The position numbers were made by a program, and so were the translations under genes. The notes under the pieces are model-generated. The model was not told the DNA's origin and ran no database searches. It was given only the letters and a program-made list of their open reading frames with translations. From the NCBI GenBank assembly GCA_016840085.1, contig JAEOTA010000078.1:13446-77445 (forward strand): a DNA stretch of 64,000 bases. The letters are read 5' to 3'. The DNA is from Promethearchaeota archaeon (lineage in GTDB: Archaea > Asgardarchaeota > Lokiarchaeia > Sigyniarchaeales > SOKP01). Below are positions 50,114 to 59,196 of the stretch, piece by piece (position 1 is the stretch's first letter; every line of letters begins with the position of its first letter).

Positions 50114-51265
50114 TTAAATCATTTCTAAAAACGCTTCTATTCGAGTTTGTAGACGAGTAGTATCTGCCATATAAAATTCTCTATCAATATTTAAAACAGG
50201 GATTTCTAATTCTTTTAACTCATGAGTAAAAAGCATATTATCGCATCCATGTAAATCACAATTATTTATTCTTTGCAAAATAACTCCTTCTATGTTTGCT
50301 CTTTTAATCTCTTTTTTTATGAAATCTAATCTTCTTTCATGATCATCCATCATTCTGGGGCAAGAAATTCTATAATATAAGCGTCGTGTAATACTATCTA
50401 AAGGTGATTCTCCATTTTGGAGGTTTACATCATCAAGAAAATTTCGAGTTCCAAAACATAAAAAATCTGATGCTACAAAACCTCCTGAGTTTTCGATTAA
50501 TTGAATAAATTCAATATTATCAACCACACTCCCTACAAGTAAAATTCTTTTTTTATTTTCAATACCGATGGCTTGGCGTTCTTTTAATAATTTTAGTATT
50601 CGTTCTAATTCACTATTGGCAACATCTTTAGGGATTGAAGCATTTGTCATATTAATTTGCAAAACTTCGCTACCAGTAAGTTTAGGACCACTTTGGATTC
50701 TTAAATCATGAATTGCTCTAAGTAAATTTCTATTTTTATTATGAACTTTGATAGATTCTAATAGTTTCAAGTTTGAAATTTCACTAATTTTATAACTTTC
50801 TTCTATTTCAGTTTTTAATTCTTCTACTTCTTTTTTATACCATTCAAAACCTTCATGAGTTATAATATGAGGTAATGCAAGATAAAAGCGAGGAACTTTT
50901 TTGTTAAAACCTTCACGATTAAATACTTTTAGATCAAAAAGCTCAAACATTCTACGGCTATGATCACAGCTATTACATACCAAAAATCCATCTAAAAAAT
51001 CGTACACTCCTTTTAATGCTAAATCTAATGTGGCTCTAACAAAGGAGCAGGTAAATCTAACCATATAGATATCCCCTAATTCAGTATCTCTATTTCCTGT
51101 TGCTCTGATTCGAAAAGGTAGTAAATTTGCTGCATACAGTAATTCTTCAGGAATATATGTGCAATAATACCCTATTACTTTCTTGCTTTCTTCCTGCCAC
51201 TCTTCAATGTAAGAATTTTTTATTGATTTTGAAATATTTAGAAATGGGTCACTGTGTAAACTCAT
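50114..51265 (-). CDS. 2-hydroxyacyl-CoA dehydratase family subunit (HgdB/FldC/BcrC-like)
   Basis: GYYCTYIPEEL, FTCSFVR, NSCDHSRR, CFGTR, CPR, NCDLH, TRIEAFLEMI. Confidence 0.9.
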   Translation of the reverse strand: MSLHSDPFLNISKSIKNSYIEEWQEESKKVIGYYCTYIPEELLYAANLLPFRIRATGNRDTELGDIYMVRFTCSFVRATLDLALKGVYDFLDGFLVCNSCDHSRRMFELFDLKVFNREGFNKKVPRFYLALPHIITHEGFEWYKKEVEELKTEIEESYKISEISNLKLLESIKVHNKNRNLLRAIHDLRIQSGPKLTGSEVLQINMTNASIPKDVANSELERILKLLKERQAIGIENKKRILLVGSVVDNIEFIQLIENSGGFVASDFLCFGTRNFLDDVNLQNGESPLDSITRRLYYRISCPRMMDDHERRLDFIKKEIKRANIEGVILQRINNCDLHGCDNMLFTHELKELEIPVLNIDREFYMADTTRLQTRIEAFLEMI

Positions 51266-51276
51266 AAAAATTAACC

Positions 51277-51762
51277 TCATTTTTTCTTTTTATATACTTC
51301 ATGTTTCCCAATCATTAGACATCTTACTAGTTTTAAGACAGCTATAATAGATCCTTTAATTTTTACCTTTCCTGGGAGAATATATTTTATTAATTTCATT
51401 AAGCCAAATACATTACTTTTGGAACGAATAATATTACTGATTACTCGAACAATGTCTTTTTCCTCTACATTTACTATGATTTTTGCTATTGGATCTTTTG
51501 CTCTCTCTGCACGACAATTAAAATTATTCCGATCTGATGTAAGGGTGAATGTTATATAGCCGTTTAATTCTTTTAAATACATTTCAACCTCTTTACCTTC
51601 TATTTTTCTCAATTTCTTAAAGGGTTCATCAGATCCAAACAGATCTACCAAAATCATTGCTAATCTAGTAATATTAAGTACTTTAGTTTCCCTAACTAGA
51701 TTTTCTGCCCTAATTTCTCTCTCGATGCTATTAGTATCTTCTATTTGAGTAATATTATCCAC
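51277..51762 (-). CDS. SCP2-like (sterol/lipid carrier) domain protein
   Basis: C-terminal GKVKIKGSIIAVLKL pattern and beta-strand layout of SCP2; first gene of the dehydratase operon. Confidence 0.55.
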   Translation of the reverse strand: MDNITQIEDTNSIEREIRAENLVRETKVLNITRLAMILVDLFGSDEPFKKLRKIEGKEVEMYLKELNGYITFTLTSDRNNFNCRAERAKDPIAKIIVNVEEKDIVRVISNIIRSKSNVFGLMKLIKYILPGKVKIKGSIIAVLKLVRCLMIGKHEVYKKKK

Positions 51763-51925
51763 CCAAAAGTTGAAATTTTAGTTAAATTTGAAGATTTTGA
51801 ACAATTTAACGTTCTGAATATTATTATTTGAATCTTTAATTATTTAAAGATTTATTTGTAAAATTATAAGTTAAGACATAGGATTTCTAAAGAAGTAGAT
51901 ATTTGCTTTATTTATTTAATGATTT

Positions 51926-53221
51926 TTAATTTGGATATAACTCAATTTTACGTCCTTTTCTCTCTAAATTTATTAACTTTTCTTCAAATAACTTATCTAC
52001 ATGATACTTTACTGTATTGCGAGAAAGATTCAAAATTCGAGATATCTCAGAAGAATTAATCCCTGGATTTTCTTTAATTATAGTTAGGATCTTTGAAGCG
52101 GTTTTTGATTTTGCAATTAGATTTTCTAAATATTCATTTGCGTCGAATGATGTTGTAATTGGAAAATAAATTGTATATTGTCCGTATTTTTCTTTTTTTA
52201 TAATATTATATTTTAATAAAACATCTAAATGCCATTGAAATTGACCTTTCTGTAATTCACACTTTCGTAGCAATTCATTATGATGAATGCCAGGATTCCT
52301 CAAGATTTGATTTATTATGTTTAACCGATTTTCATTTTCAAAGATATCTGGAAGATCTAAATAAGAATTTCCTTTTTGAATGTAGCTTCTTCTTATTATA
52401 TAGCTTCTATATTCATTTATTGTAAGTGCTGTTAAAGTAAATACGAATAAAATCGTTGTTACCAAAAGAAAAATGATAATTGATACGACACTTGCTTTTC
52501 TAGAAAATGTAGGCTCTTCATATAAATCAATTATCTGAATTAAAATAACTAATAATAAAATTAACGAAAAAATTATTATTAAGGATTTTAACATGTAGAA
52601 ATAATTGATTTTTCTAAGAGATTTATTCATTTCTGTTTTTTTTCTCTTTAATTTTATAGATGGTAACATAAAAGGTACATTATTTACATATTCTAAGAAT
52701 TCATCTCCATATTTAGCTTTTAAGGCAATATCTTCTATCTTTCCTAAAATTACATAAGCCAATACTTCAGCAATCCAAATATAAAATATAATCGTATAGC
52801 CACTGATATAATATGGATCAAAATTAAAAATTGGATTTGTCTGAAAAGCTATTGAAGTTAAACCAAACGTCATAATAATGAATGCTAAATATTGAGGATG
52901 TCTTACATATTTATATGGTCCTTTTCGGATTAACTGTTTTCTATGAGTTAATTGATACACTAAAGAGTATATAAAAAATATAAAACCAAAAAAAGTAATA
53001 TAAATTCCATGAGTCCTGAATAAAAATTGAAGATCATACTTTAGAATTCCAGGATTTTGAAAAAATAAAGCTAAATATGTAAAGAAGGGTACAGACATTA
53101 TCCCACGCCAAATAGCAGTGACAGGCACATACTGGAAAATGGGAATCATAATGGAAGAAACTCTAGTAGATACTAATTCTATTCTATTTTTGATTTTATT
53201 TACTGTAAGATTCATTCTCAT
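51926..53221 (-). CDS. ICMT/PEMT-like membrane methyltransferase fused to TM plus double winged-helix regulator
   Basis: LIRKGPYKYVRHPQY, KYGDEF..Y..VP; then NPGIHHNEL..QWHL..L and NPGINSSEISR..LSRNTVKYHV. Confidence 0.85.
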   Translation of the reverse strand: MRMNLTVNKIKNRIELVSTRVSSIMIPIFQYVPVTAIWRGIMSVPFFTYLALFFQNPGILKYDLQFLFRTHGIYITFFGFIFFIYSLVYQLTHRKQLIRKGPYKYVRHPQYLAFIIMTFGLTSIAFQTNPIFNFDPYYISGYTIIFYIWIAEVLAYVILGKIEDIALKAKYGDEFLEYVNNVPFMLPSIKLKRKKTEMNKSLRKINYFYMLKSLIIIFSLILLLVILIQIIDLYEEPTFSRKASVVSIIIFLLVTTILFVFTLTALTINEYRSYIIRRSYIQKGNSYLDLPDIFENENRLNIINQILRNPGIHHNELLRKCELQKGQFQWHLDVLLKYNIIKKEKYGQYTIYFPITTSFDANEYLENLIAKSKTASKILTIIKENPGINSSEISRILNLSRNTVKYHVDKLFEEKLINLERKGRKIELYPN

Positions 53222-53250
53222 CTATCTTTTAATCTTTAATTCATCTAAAA

Positions 53251-53300
53251 AATAAGAAATTATTTTGTTTATAAAAGTTTAAGGTCCACTTTTTGAACAA
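53251..53300 (-). promoter_or_regulatory. Conserved promoter block (TATA box plus upstream pseudo-palindrome), copy 1
   Basis: 44/50 identical to 53985-54034; TTTATAAA box; GTCCA-N5-TGAAC. Confidence 0.7.
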
Positions 53301-53351
53301 TTTAAAAAAAAAAATAATTTCAGAAAAAGTATAAAATTTAATTAATAGTTC

Positions 53352-53948
53352 TTAACTTTCAAATTTCTTCTGTTCAATTGATAGAAAAGGTATCATAAAG
53401 CCCACAGAATTCTTATAATTTATAAAGTTAATATCAAATTTTTTCTTTAGCCAAAAATCTTCTATTTTAGCTAAAATAACATAAGCAATTACTTCTATAA
53501 ACCATATTAATACTAAGAGGGAGTGATTATTAGTGAATTCATTTAGAAATGGAAAAACTGGTGAAGTATTTAGAGAAATCATTGTTAGTCCAAGAGTCAT
53601 AATAATTATCCCTAAATATTGAGGATGCCTTACATACTTATATGGTCCCTTTTTTATGAGTTCTTTTCGATGAATTAACTGATATATTAATGAAGAGATA
53701 AACATTAATCCTCCTAGTATTGATATAATGCTCCATGGTAAACCATGAGATAAAAAGAATTGAAAATCATATCTTATCATTTGAGGATTACTTAAAAAAT
53801 AAGTAAAATATGTAATTAAAGGAAGACTCATAATACCAAACCAGATTGAAGCACATGGAATATATTGAAAAATCGGAATTAAGATAGAAGAAACACTTGT
53901 AGAAATTGAAATTATTTTACTTTTAATTTTATTTCCCTTAAAGTTCAT
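53352..53948 (-). CDS. ICMT/PEMT-like membrane methyltransferase (stand-alone paralogue)
   Basis: LIKKGPYKYVRHPQY; collinear with the N-terminal half of 51926-53221. Confidence 0.85.
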   Translation of the reverse strand: MNFKGNKIKSKIISISTSVSSILIPIFQYIPCASIWFGIMSLPLITYFTYFLSNPQMIRYDFQFFLSHGLPWSIISILGGLMFISSLIYQLIHRKELIKKGPYKYVRHPQYLGIIIMTLGLTMISLNTSPVFPFLNEFTNNHSLLVLIWFIEVIAYVILAKIEDFWLKKKFDINFINYKNSVGFMIPFLSIEQKKFES

Positions 53949-53984
53949 TCACTTTTACCTTTTAATTTGTTGTTTTATTTACAG

Positions 53985-54034
53985 AATAAGAAACAATTCT
54001 GTTTATAAAGGTTTAAGGTGCACTTTTAGAACAA
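53985..54034 (-). promoter_or_regulatory. Conserved promoter block, copy 2
   Basis: Matches 53251-53300. Confidence 0.7.
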
Positions 54035-54153
54035 GCTTCGAATACCAAAAAGATTAGTTTAATTATTCTTTTTTCTTAATATAAAAATCCAAAAATATTC
54101 AAATGAAACCTCTAGCTAGTTTGGCTAAAAAGAGCTAAAGTGCAGTTTTCGAG

Positions 54154-54513
54154 TCACATCTCTTCATATGGTTCAAAACTCCTACATATTGAATCTTTTG
54201 CCAAATATTTATTCTTTAATCTACAATGAAATATTTCCTCATGATAATAAACGCAGTCACAACATGAAAAAAGATGATTTTTTAATTTTTCTCTTATTTC
54301 CTTTAATTTTTCAAGATGAATTCCTTTACTCAACATTAACTTAAGTTTCTCCAACGATGTTGCCGTCAATTTACAATAGATGATATTGGGGTTGGGAGGA
54401 GACCAAATTGTAATTAAGGATCTACTCTGAGGCGTGGATTCACGATCACTATATCCACATGGGCAAGGCTTTTTCCTTAACAAATTTCCACATTTAGGAC
54501 AGAATTCAACCAT
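54154..54513 (-). CDS. Cys-rich zinc-ribbon hypothetical protein
   Basis: MVEFCPKCGNLL..PCPCGY N-terminus; CCDCVYY..C..C C-terminus. Confidence 0.7.
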   Translation of the reverse strand: MVEFCPKCGNLLRKKPCPCGYSDRESTPQSRSLITIWSPPNPNIIYCKLTATSLEKLKLMLSKGIHLEKLKEIREKLKNHLFSCCDCVYYHEEIFHCRLKNKYLAKDSICRSFEPYEEM

Positions 54514-54549
54514 TATTTTCTTATCCTCTTAGAGAAGGATTCAATAAAT

Positions 54550-55356
54550 TTATACCAGCTCATTTAATCCTTTTGTTTTTATATCTGGACGCGGTGGTAC
54601 TCGATAATATATTTGTGCGGGATAACCAATAATTATAACCCCCCACACATTACCATGAATACCTACAATTTTTTCACGTATCTCTTTGCTTGATGCTAGA
54701 ACCCCATGGGCTAGACCAATCCAGCAAGTTCCTAGTCCTAAAGATTGTGCACATAACATCCCATATGTTAAAGCGATGGTGGCGTTCATTGAATCCCCAG
54801 GATTATTTGAATGTATAATCATTATATGAGGAGCATTATAAAATATTGTATCTATCCCATGTTTTTTTGCTTTTATGAAGTTTTGACTGTAGCTTGGATT
54901 ACCTGATGAAATTATAGCATCCATGACTATTTCTGAGAGTTTTTTTATTTTATCATCATCTGAAATTATTGTGCATTGCAAGGTCCGAATATTGGCCCCC
55001 GTAGGAGCATATTTCATAGTATCTAAAATTTTTTTCAATATTCTTTTAGGAACCTTTTTCTTTTTATATCCTCTGATTGATCTTTTAGCACTCATAAACT
55101 TATGCATGGTTCCATATGAAATTAGCTTACTTGGGTTTTGAACTTCTTCAAACTCTAATAATTCTCCCAGATTTTCATATATGATGGCATCCGATTTACA
55201 CATCGCAACGCAGCGCCCACATGAATCGCAAAGATGATGAGGGTCTGTAAACACAATTTTATTTAGTTCTTTATCACGTTTAAAAAATTTTGAACAGGCG
55301 TAATAGCACTGTTGACAATTAGTACATTTTTCATAATCTATTCCTAGAATAGGCAT
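54550..55356 (-). CDS. Ferredoxin-nitroreductase fusion
   Basis: CTNCQQC and CDSCGRCVAMC; KRSIRGY, APTGAN, GLGTCWIG. Confidence 0.92.
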   Translation of the reverse strand: MPILGIDYEKCTNCQQCYYACSKFFKRDKELNKIVFTDPHHLCDSCGRCVAMCKSDAIIYENLGELLEFEEVQNPSKLISYGTMHKFMSAKRSIRGYKKKKVPKRILKKILDTMKYAPTGANIRTLQCTIISDDDKIKKLSEIVMDAIISSGNPSYSQNFIKAKKHGIDTIFYNAPHIMIIHSNNPGDSMNATIALTYGMLCAQSLGLGTCWIGLAHGVLASSKEIREKIVGIHGNVWGVIIIGYPAQIYYRVPPRPDIKTKGLNELV

Positions 55357-55483
55357 AAAAATCAGTTTAATATAATTATCATTATTTTTTTTATTTTTTA
55401 AAATAGTAAAAAGTATTAAATTTTAATTAATTCAGATAAGAAAATCAGAAAAAAGGAATGAATAGTTCTAATATAGGAGCCCA

Positions 55484-55792
55484 CTATCTTTTTTTAATTT
55501 CAAAATCCACATCTTCGAATTTATTAAGAATTATGCGATAAATCTTAAATTTCCCTTCATCTATGGCTTCGTTTACAATCTCATTAATCTCAGTTTCATT
55601 AACTAAATTCTCAGCAATCATTGTTTTAATTTTTGAAAATATCAATTCTTTAATCTTATGGGAGAATCGATTCTTCTTTTTCTGAATAATCAATTCTTAA
55701 AGTTCAAGATGTTCTTTATGATCCAAGATATTTTGTATTAATTCATCAATTCCTTCCCCAGATATGGCATCATTTATAGAAACTGGTTTTCT
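55484..55792 (-). pseudogene. C-terminal fragment of a MeaB/ArgK-like GTPase with internal stop
   Basis: RKPVSINDAISGEGIDELIQNILDHKEHLEL*ELIIQKKKNR...; TAA at 55697-55699. Confidence 0.55.
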
Positions 55793-55957
55793 TAGAAGGC
55801 ACTTTAGTTATTTTTTCTGCCCATTCAGGAGTTTTAGGTTGCCTGTCTTGAGTTCCAAGAACATACTCTTTATATATATATCAAAACCAATGGTAAATTT
55901 TTCGATGAAGGTTTGATTGTGTAAATTTTCAGAGATAATCGCATATACCATAGCTAT
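55790..55957 (-). pseudogene. Internal fragment of a DMSO-reductase-family molybdopterin oxidoreductase
   Basis: AMVYAIISENLHNQTFIEKFTIGFD / YKEYVLGTQDRQPKTPEWAEKITKVP, frameshifted in the (TA)n run at 55871-55881. Confidence 0.7.
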
Positions 55958-56145
55958 TCAATCTCTCTTAATTTTAACTGATATTTTAGAGTCAAGATAA
56001 ACTCATTCAATACATTCAAGTTGAAATTTCATAATATGTTTTAAGTAGGATTTGATTCGAAAATGGATCATAAATTTAAAATTGGTAATATGACTCTTAA
56101 TTATATGAATTAAATGTACATGTATAATTTAAGTAGGAGATTTTA

Positions 56146-58974
56146 ATGACTTACAAATATGTTATGCCTATTGATGCTAAAGATGTCTCATTGGAAGTGA
56201 TTGGTGGTAAAGGAAAGTCACTAGCAAAGATGGCATCTGCAGGAATGCCGGTGCCTGGTGGTTTTTACCTGACTACATCCGCTTATAAGGATTTTGTAGA
56301 AGAGAATAACCTACAGAAAGCTATCATCAATCTAGCAAAGCCAGAAATCATCGGTAAGACAGTATCATTCGAATCAGCATCGAAGCAAATTCAAGAGCTT
56401 ATAAACAGGGTGGAACTATCTGACGAGATTGTTAATGAAATCAGGCAAGCTTACGGGGCATTGGATGGACAAAATCCAGCTGTGGCTGTACGTTCTTCAG
56501 CCAATGCGGAAGACCTACCAGACTTATCCTTTGCCGGGCAACAGGACACTTATTTGAATGTTCGTGGTGATGAGGCGCTGATAACCGCTATACGCGATTG
56601 CTGGGCATCTCTTTGGACACCACGAGCGATCAGCTACCGGCACCAAATGGGAATTAAACAGGATGCGGTCATCATGGCTGTAGTGGTCCAAATCATGGTG
56701 TCATCAGACGTTTCGGGGATATTATTTACTGCCAATCCAGTTACCGGTGAAAGATCAGAAATTATTATCAATTCAAGCTTTGGTCTGGGCGAGGCGGTAG
56801 TTGGAGGGCAAGTAACACCAGACACCTATGTGGTAGATCGGAGCACTCTTACTGTGAAAGAGACTATGATCGGCTCAAAGGAGCAGAAGATTATTTCCAG
56901 CGAAAAACAAGGAACAATATTGCAAGATGTCCCTGAAAGTGAGCAAAACCAGTCGTCTTTGTCAGAAAAATCACTCAAGGAGCTGACATCAATCGCACTT
57001 AATGTAGAACATCTCTTCAACGGGGTCCCTCAAGATATCGAATGGGCCATATCTGACAGCAAACTCTGGATGTTACAATCCCGTCCAATCACGAATCTTC
57101 CCCCTCAGCCCATAGAGGTTTCTTGGGAACCAACACCCCCAGCACGGATTCTCGCCCGGCGTCAGATCATAGAAAATATCCCTGATCCTTGTAGTCCGTT
57201 GTTTGAAGAGCTGTATCTGACTGAAGGTCTGGAAACGATAGCAAAAGGACAGCGGCGGAAAAGCTTCTTTGTAGGGGGTGGTCCTATGTTTGTGACCATA
57301 AATGGTTTTGCTTATCAGCGGTTTGACTTCCCACAAGTTGTAAATATTCAGGATGAAATAGATAAAGCTGTAACAGAAGAAGAAAAGGAAAAAAAAATTG
57401 CAAGGATTTGGCAAGAATGGGATGATTCATTCGCGCAAATGATAAAAAAAAGCAATCCTAAGATGGAACAGCATGACTTGGATTTGTTCTTGGAAGAACT
57501 TTCACCTGAGGATTTAAAGGCATTTAATGAATGGGCCGAAAAAGCAGATATCAAAGACATTGCTCATGCGGTAACCATGCCCGAAAGCAAATATCCAGCT
57601 TATGTCGCTGGTAACAAAACCGAAGCTAATGAGAAACAAATTAAAGATTGGAAAGAAAGAGCAATGCCTGAGCTTCTAGCAACGGTAGAAGAATGGGAAA
57701 AGATTGATTATAAAACAGCACCAGATGAGGAGTTATTGAGAGGAATTCTCGAATTGGCCCACGCTGGAGGAATGTACTGGTCCAGCAACGCAAGCCATAG
57801 CTTTGGCATTGCGAAAGCGACTGACGACCAGTTGCAAGCATTTCTACGAGAAAACCTACCAGATCATCATTTCACCAGTGGTCATTTTCTGAGCGGTTTT
57901 AAATCGAAAACTTTAGAAGCCAATGAGTCCATGTATAAGATTGCCAAACAGATCCAAGCAAATGAAGCGCTTTATGAATTGGTGATTACAACTCCGCCCA
58001 AACAAATGATGAAGGTATTACAAAATCATCCAGACAGTGGTCCAGTGGTTAAAGCTATTGAGGAGTATCTCAAGATCTATGGACACTTGGGCTACAGTCT
58101 AGACTTTGTCGAATCACTTCCAATTGAAGATCCTTCAGGTCTCCTTGCTACCTTGAAGACCATGGTAACTGCCAAGGATTACAACCCGAAAAAGCACGAA
58201 GTTGATGCTACACGGAAGCGTGAGGAAGCGATGCAGAAGATCGAGCAACTTCTTGATGGACTACAGTATTGGCAGTTCCGTTATCGTAATTGGTTCACCC
58301 ATCGTTTTTATTTCATCCGTGAGGAAGTTATGTTTTACCTAACCAGTGGTTGGCCAGTTCTTCGGCTTTTAGCGTTGGAACTTGGACGGCGCCTTGTAGA
58401 TGTTGGTACAATCAACGTTCCTGATGATGTTTTTTATCTGGTTACAGAAGAATTAACCAAAGCCATAAACGCTCGTAAAGAGAACAAAGCGATACCAGAA
58501 TATCAACAATTAACCTCGGAACGCCGAGAGTTAAGAGAAGCATGCAAACGACTACATCCCCCAGGAACTATTCCAGAAATCGCCAGCAATAATCCCGGTG
58601 TCGCGTTCAAAGAGACACAGGCAAAAAATGATCCCAACAGTGATATTTTAAGAGGTATTCCGGTCAGTCCTGGAACGGTTACCAGCCCAGCCAGCCTAAT
58701 TAAATCACCAGCAGAATTCGATAAGATGCAACCAGATTCTATTCTAGTTTGCCCCATGACCAACCCCGCATGGACACCGCTATTTGCTCATGCAACTGGA
58801 TTAGTAACAGACATGGGTGGTATTCTGGGGCATGGATCCATTGTTGCGAGGGAATATGGCATCCCAGCCGTTGTGGGGACCGGTAATATTACACAACGCG
58901 TTAAACATGGCCAGGAGATCACAGTTAACGGTGATGCTGGTACTGTTAGTCTTATTCAAGAGGAAGTAAATTGA
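56146..58974 (+). CDS. PEP-synthase-like phosphotransferase (rifampin phosphotransferase architecture)
   Basis: N-terminal ATP-grasp (GGKG, AVRSSA.AED, SFAGQ, QDIEWA, QSRPIT), helical middle, C-terminal His swivel (GHGSIVAREYGIPAVVG). Confidence 0.88.
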   Translation: MTYKYVMPIDAKDVSLEVIGGKGKSLAKMASAGMPVPGGFYLTTSAYKDFVEENNLQKAIINLAKPEIIGKTVSFESASKQIQELINRVELSDEIVNEIRQAYGALDGQNPAVAVRSSANAEDLPDLSFAGQQDTYLNVRGDEALITAIRDCWASLWTPRAISYRHQMGIKQDAVIMAVVVQIMVSSDVSGILFTANPVTGERSEIIINSSFGLGEAVVGGQVTPDTYVVDRSTLTVKETMIGSKEQKIISSEKQGTILQDVPESEQNQSSLSEKSLKELTSIALNVEHLFNGVPQDIEWAISDSKLWMLQSRPITNLPPQPIEVSWEPTPPARILARRQIIENIPDPCSPLFEELYLTEGLETIAKGQRRKSFFVGGGPMFVTINGFAYQRFDFPQVVNIQDEIDKAVTEEEKEKKIARIWQEWDDSFAQMIKKSNPKMEQHDLDLFLEELSPEDLKAFNEWAEKADIKDIAHAVTMPESKYPAYVAGNKTEANEKQIKDWKERAMPELLATVEEWEKIDYKTAPDEELLRGILELAHAGGMYWSSNASHSFGIAKATDDQLQAFLRENLPDHHFTSGHFLSGFKSKTLEANESMYKIAKQIQANEALYELVITTPPKQMMKVLQNHPDSGPVVKAIEEYLKIYGHLGYSLDFVESLPIEDPSGLLATLKTMVTAKDYNPKKHEVDATRKREEAMQKIEQLLDGLQYWQFRYRNWFTHRFYFIREEVMFYLTSGWPVLRLLALELGRRLVDVGTINVPDDVFYLVTEELTKAINARKENKAIPEYQQLTSERRELREACKRLHPPGTIPEIASNNPGVAFKETQAKNDPNSDILRGIPVSPGTVTSPASLIKSPAEFDKMQPDSILVCPMTNPAWTPLFAHATGLVTDMGGILGHGSIVAREYGIPAVVGTGNITQRVKHGQEITVNGDAGTVSLIQEEVN

Positions 58975-59196
58975 TATTTAGTAAATTCATCATAAGACTT
59001 AAATAGGTACCTCGCCGAGAGAATTTTCTATTTAGAATGATGGATAAAACAATTTGAATTTTGGTTTACAATATTGAAAAAAAAGAAGTTTTAATGAAAA
59101 TATTCCTATAAAATGATGGTAGATTTATATAAAATACGAATGAATAATAATAAAGACGTCTAATAAAAACAATTAACAAAAAAGTGATATATCCAT

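Noticed and set aside
56146-58974. Calling this gene ppsA or a true rifampicin-resistance gene
   Set aside because: Domain order lacks the C-terminal PEP-binding barrel of PpsA, and substrate cannot be inferred from sequence
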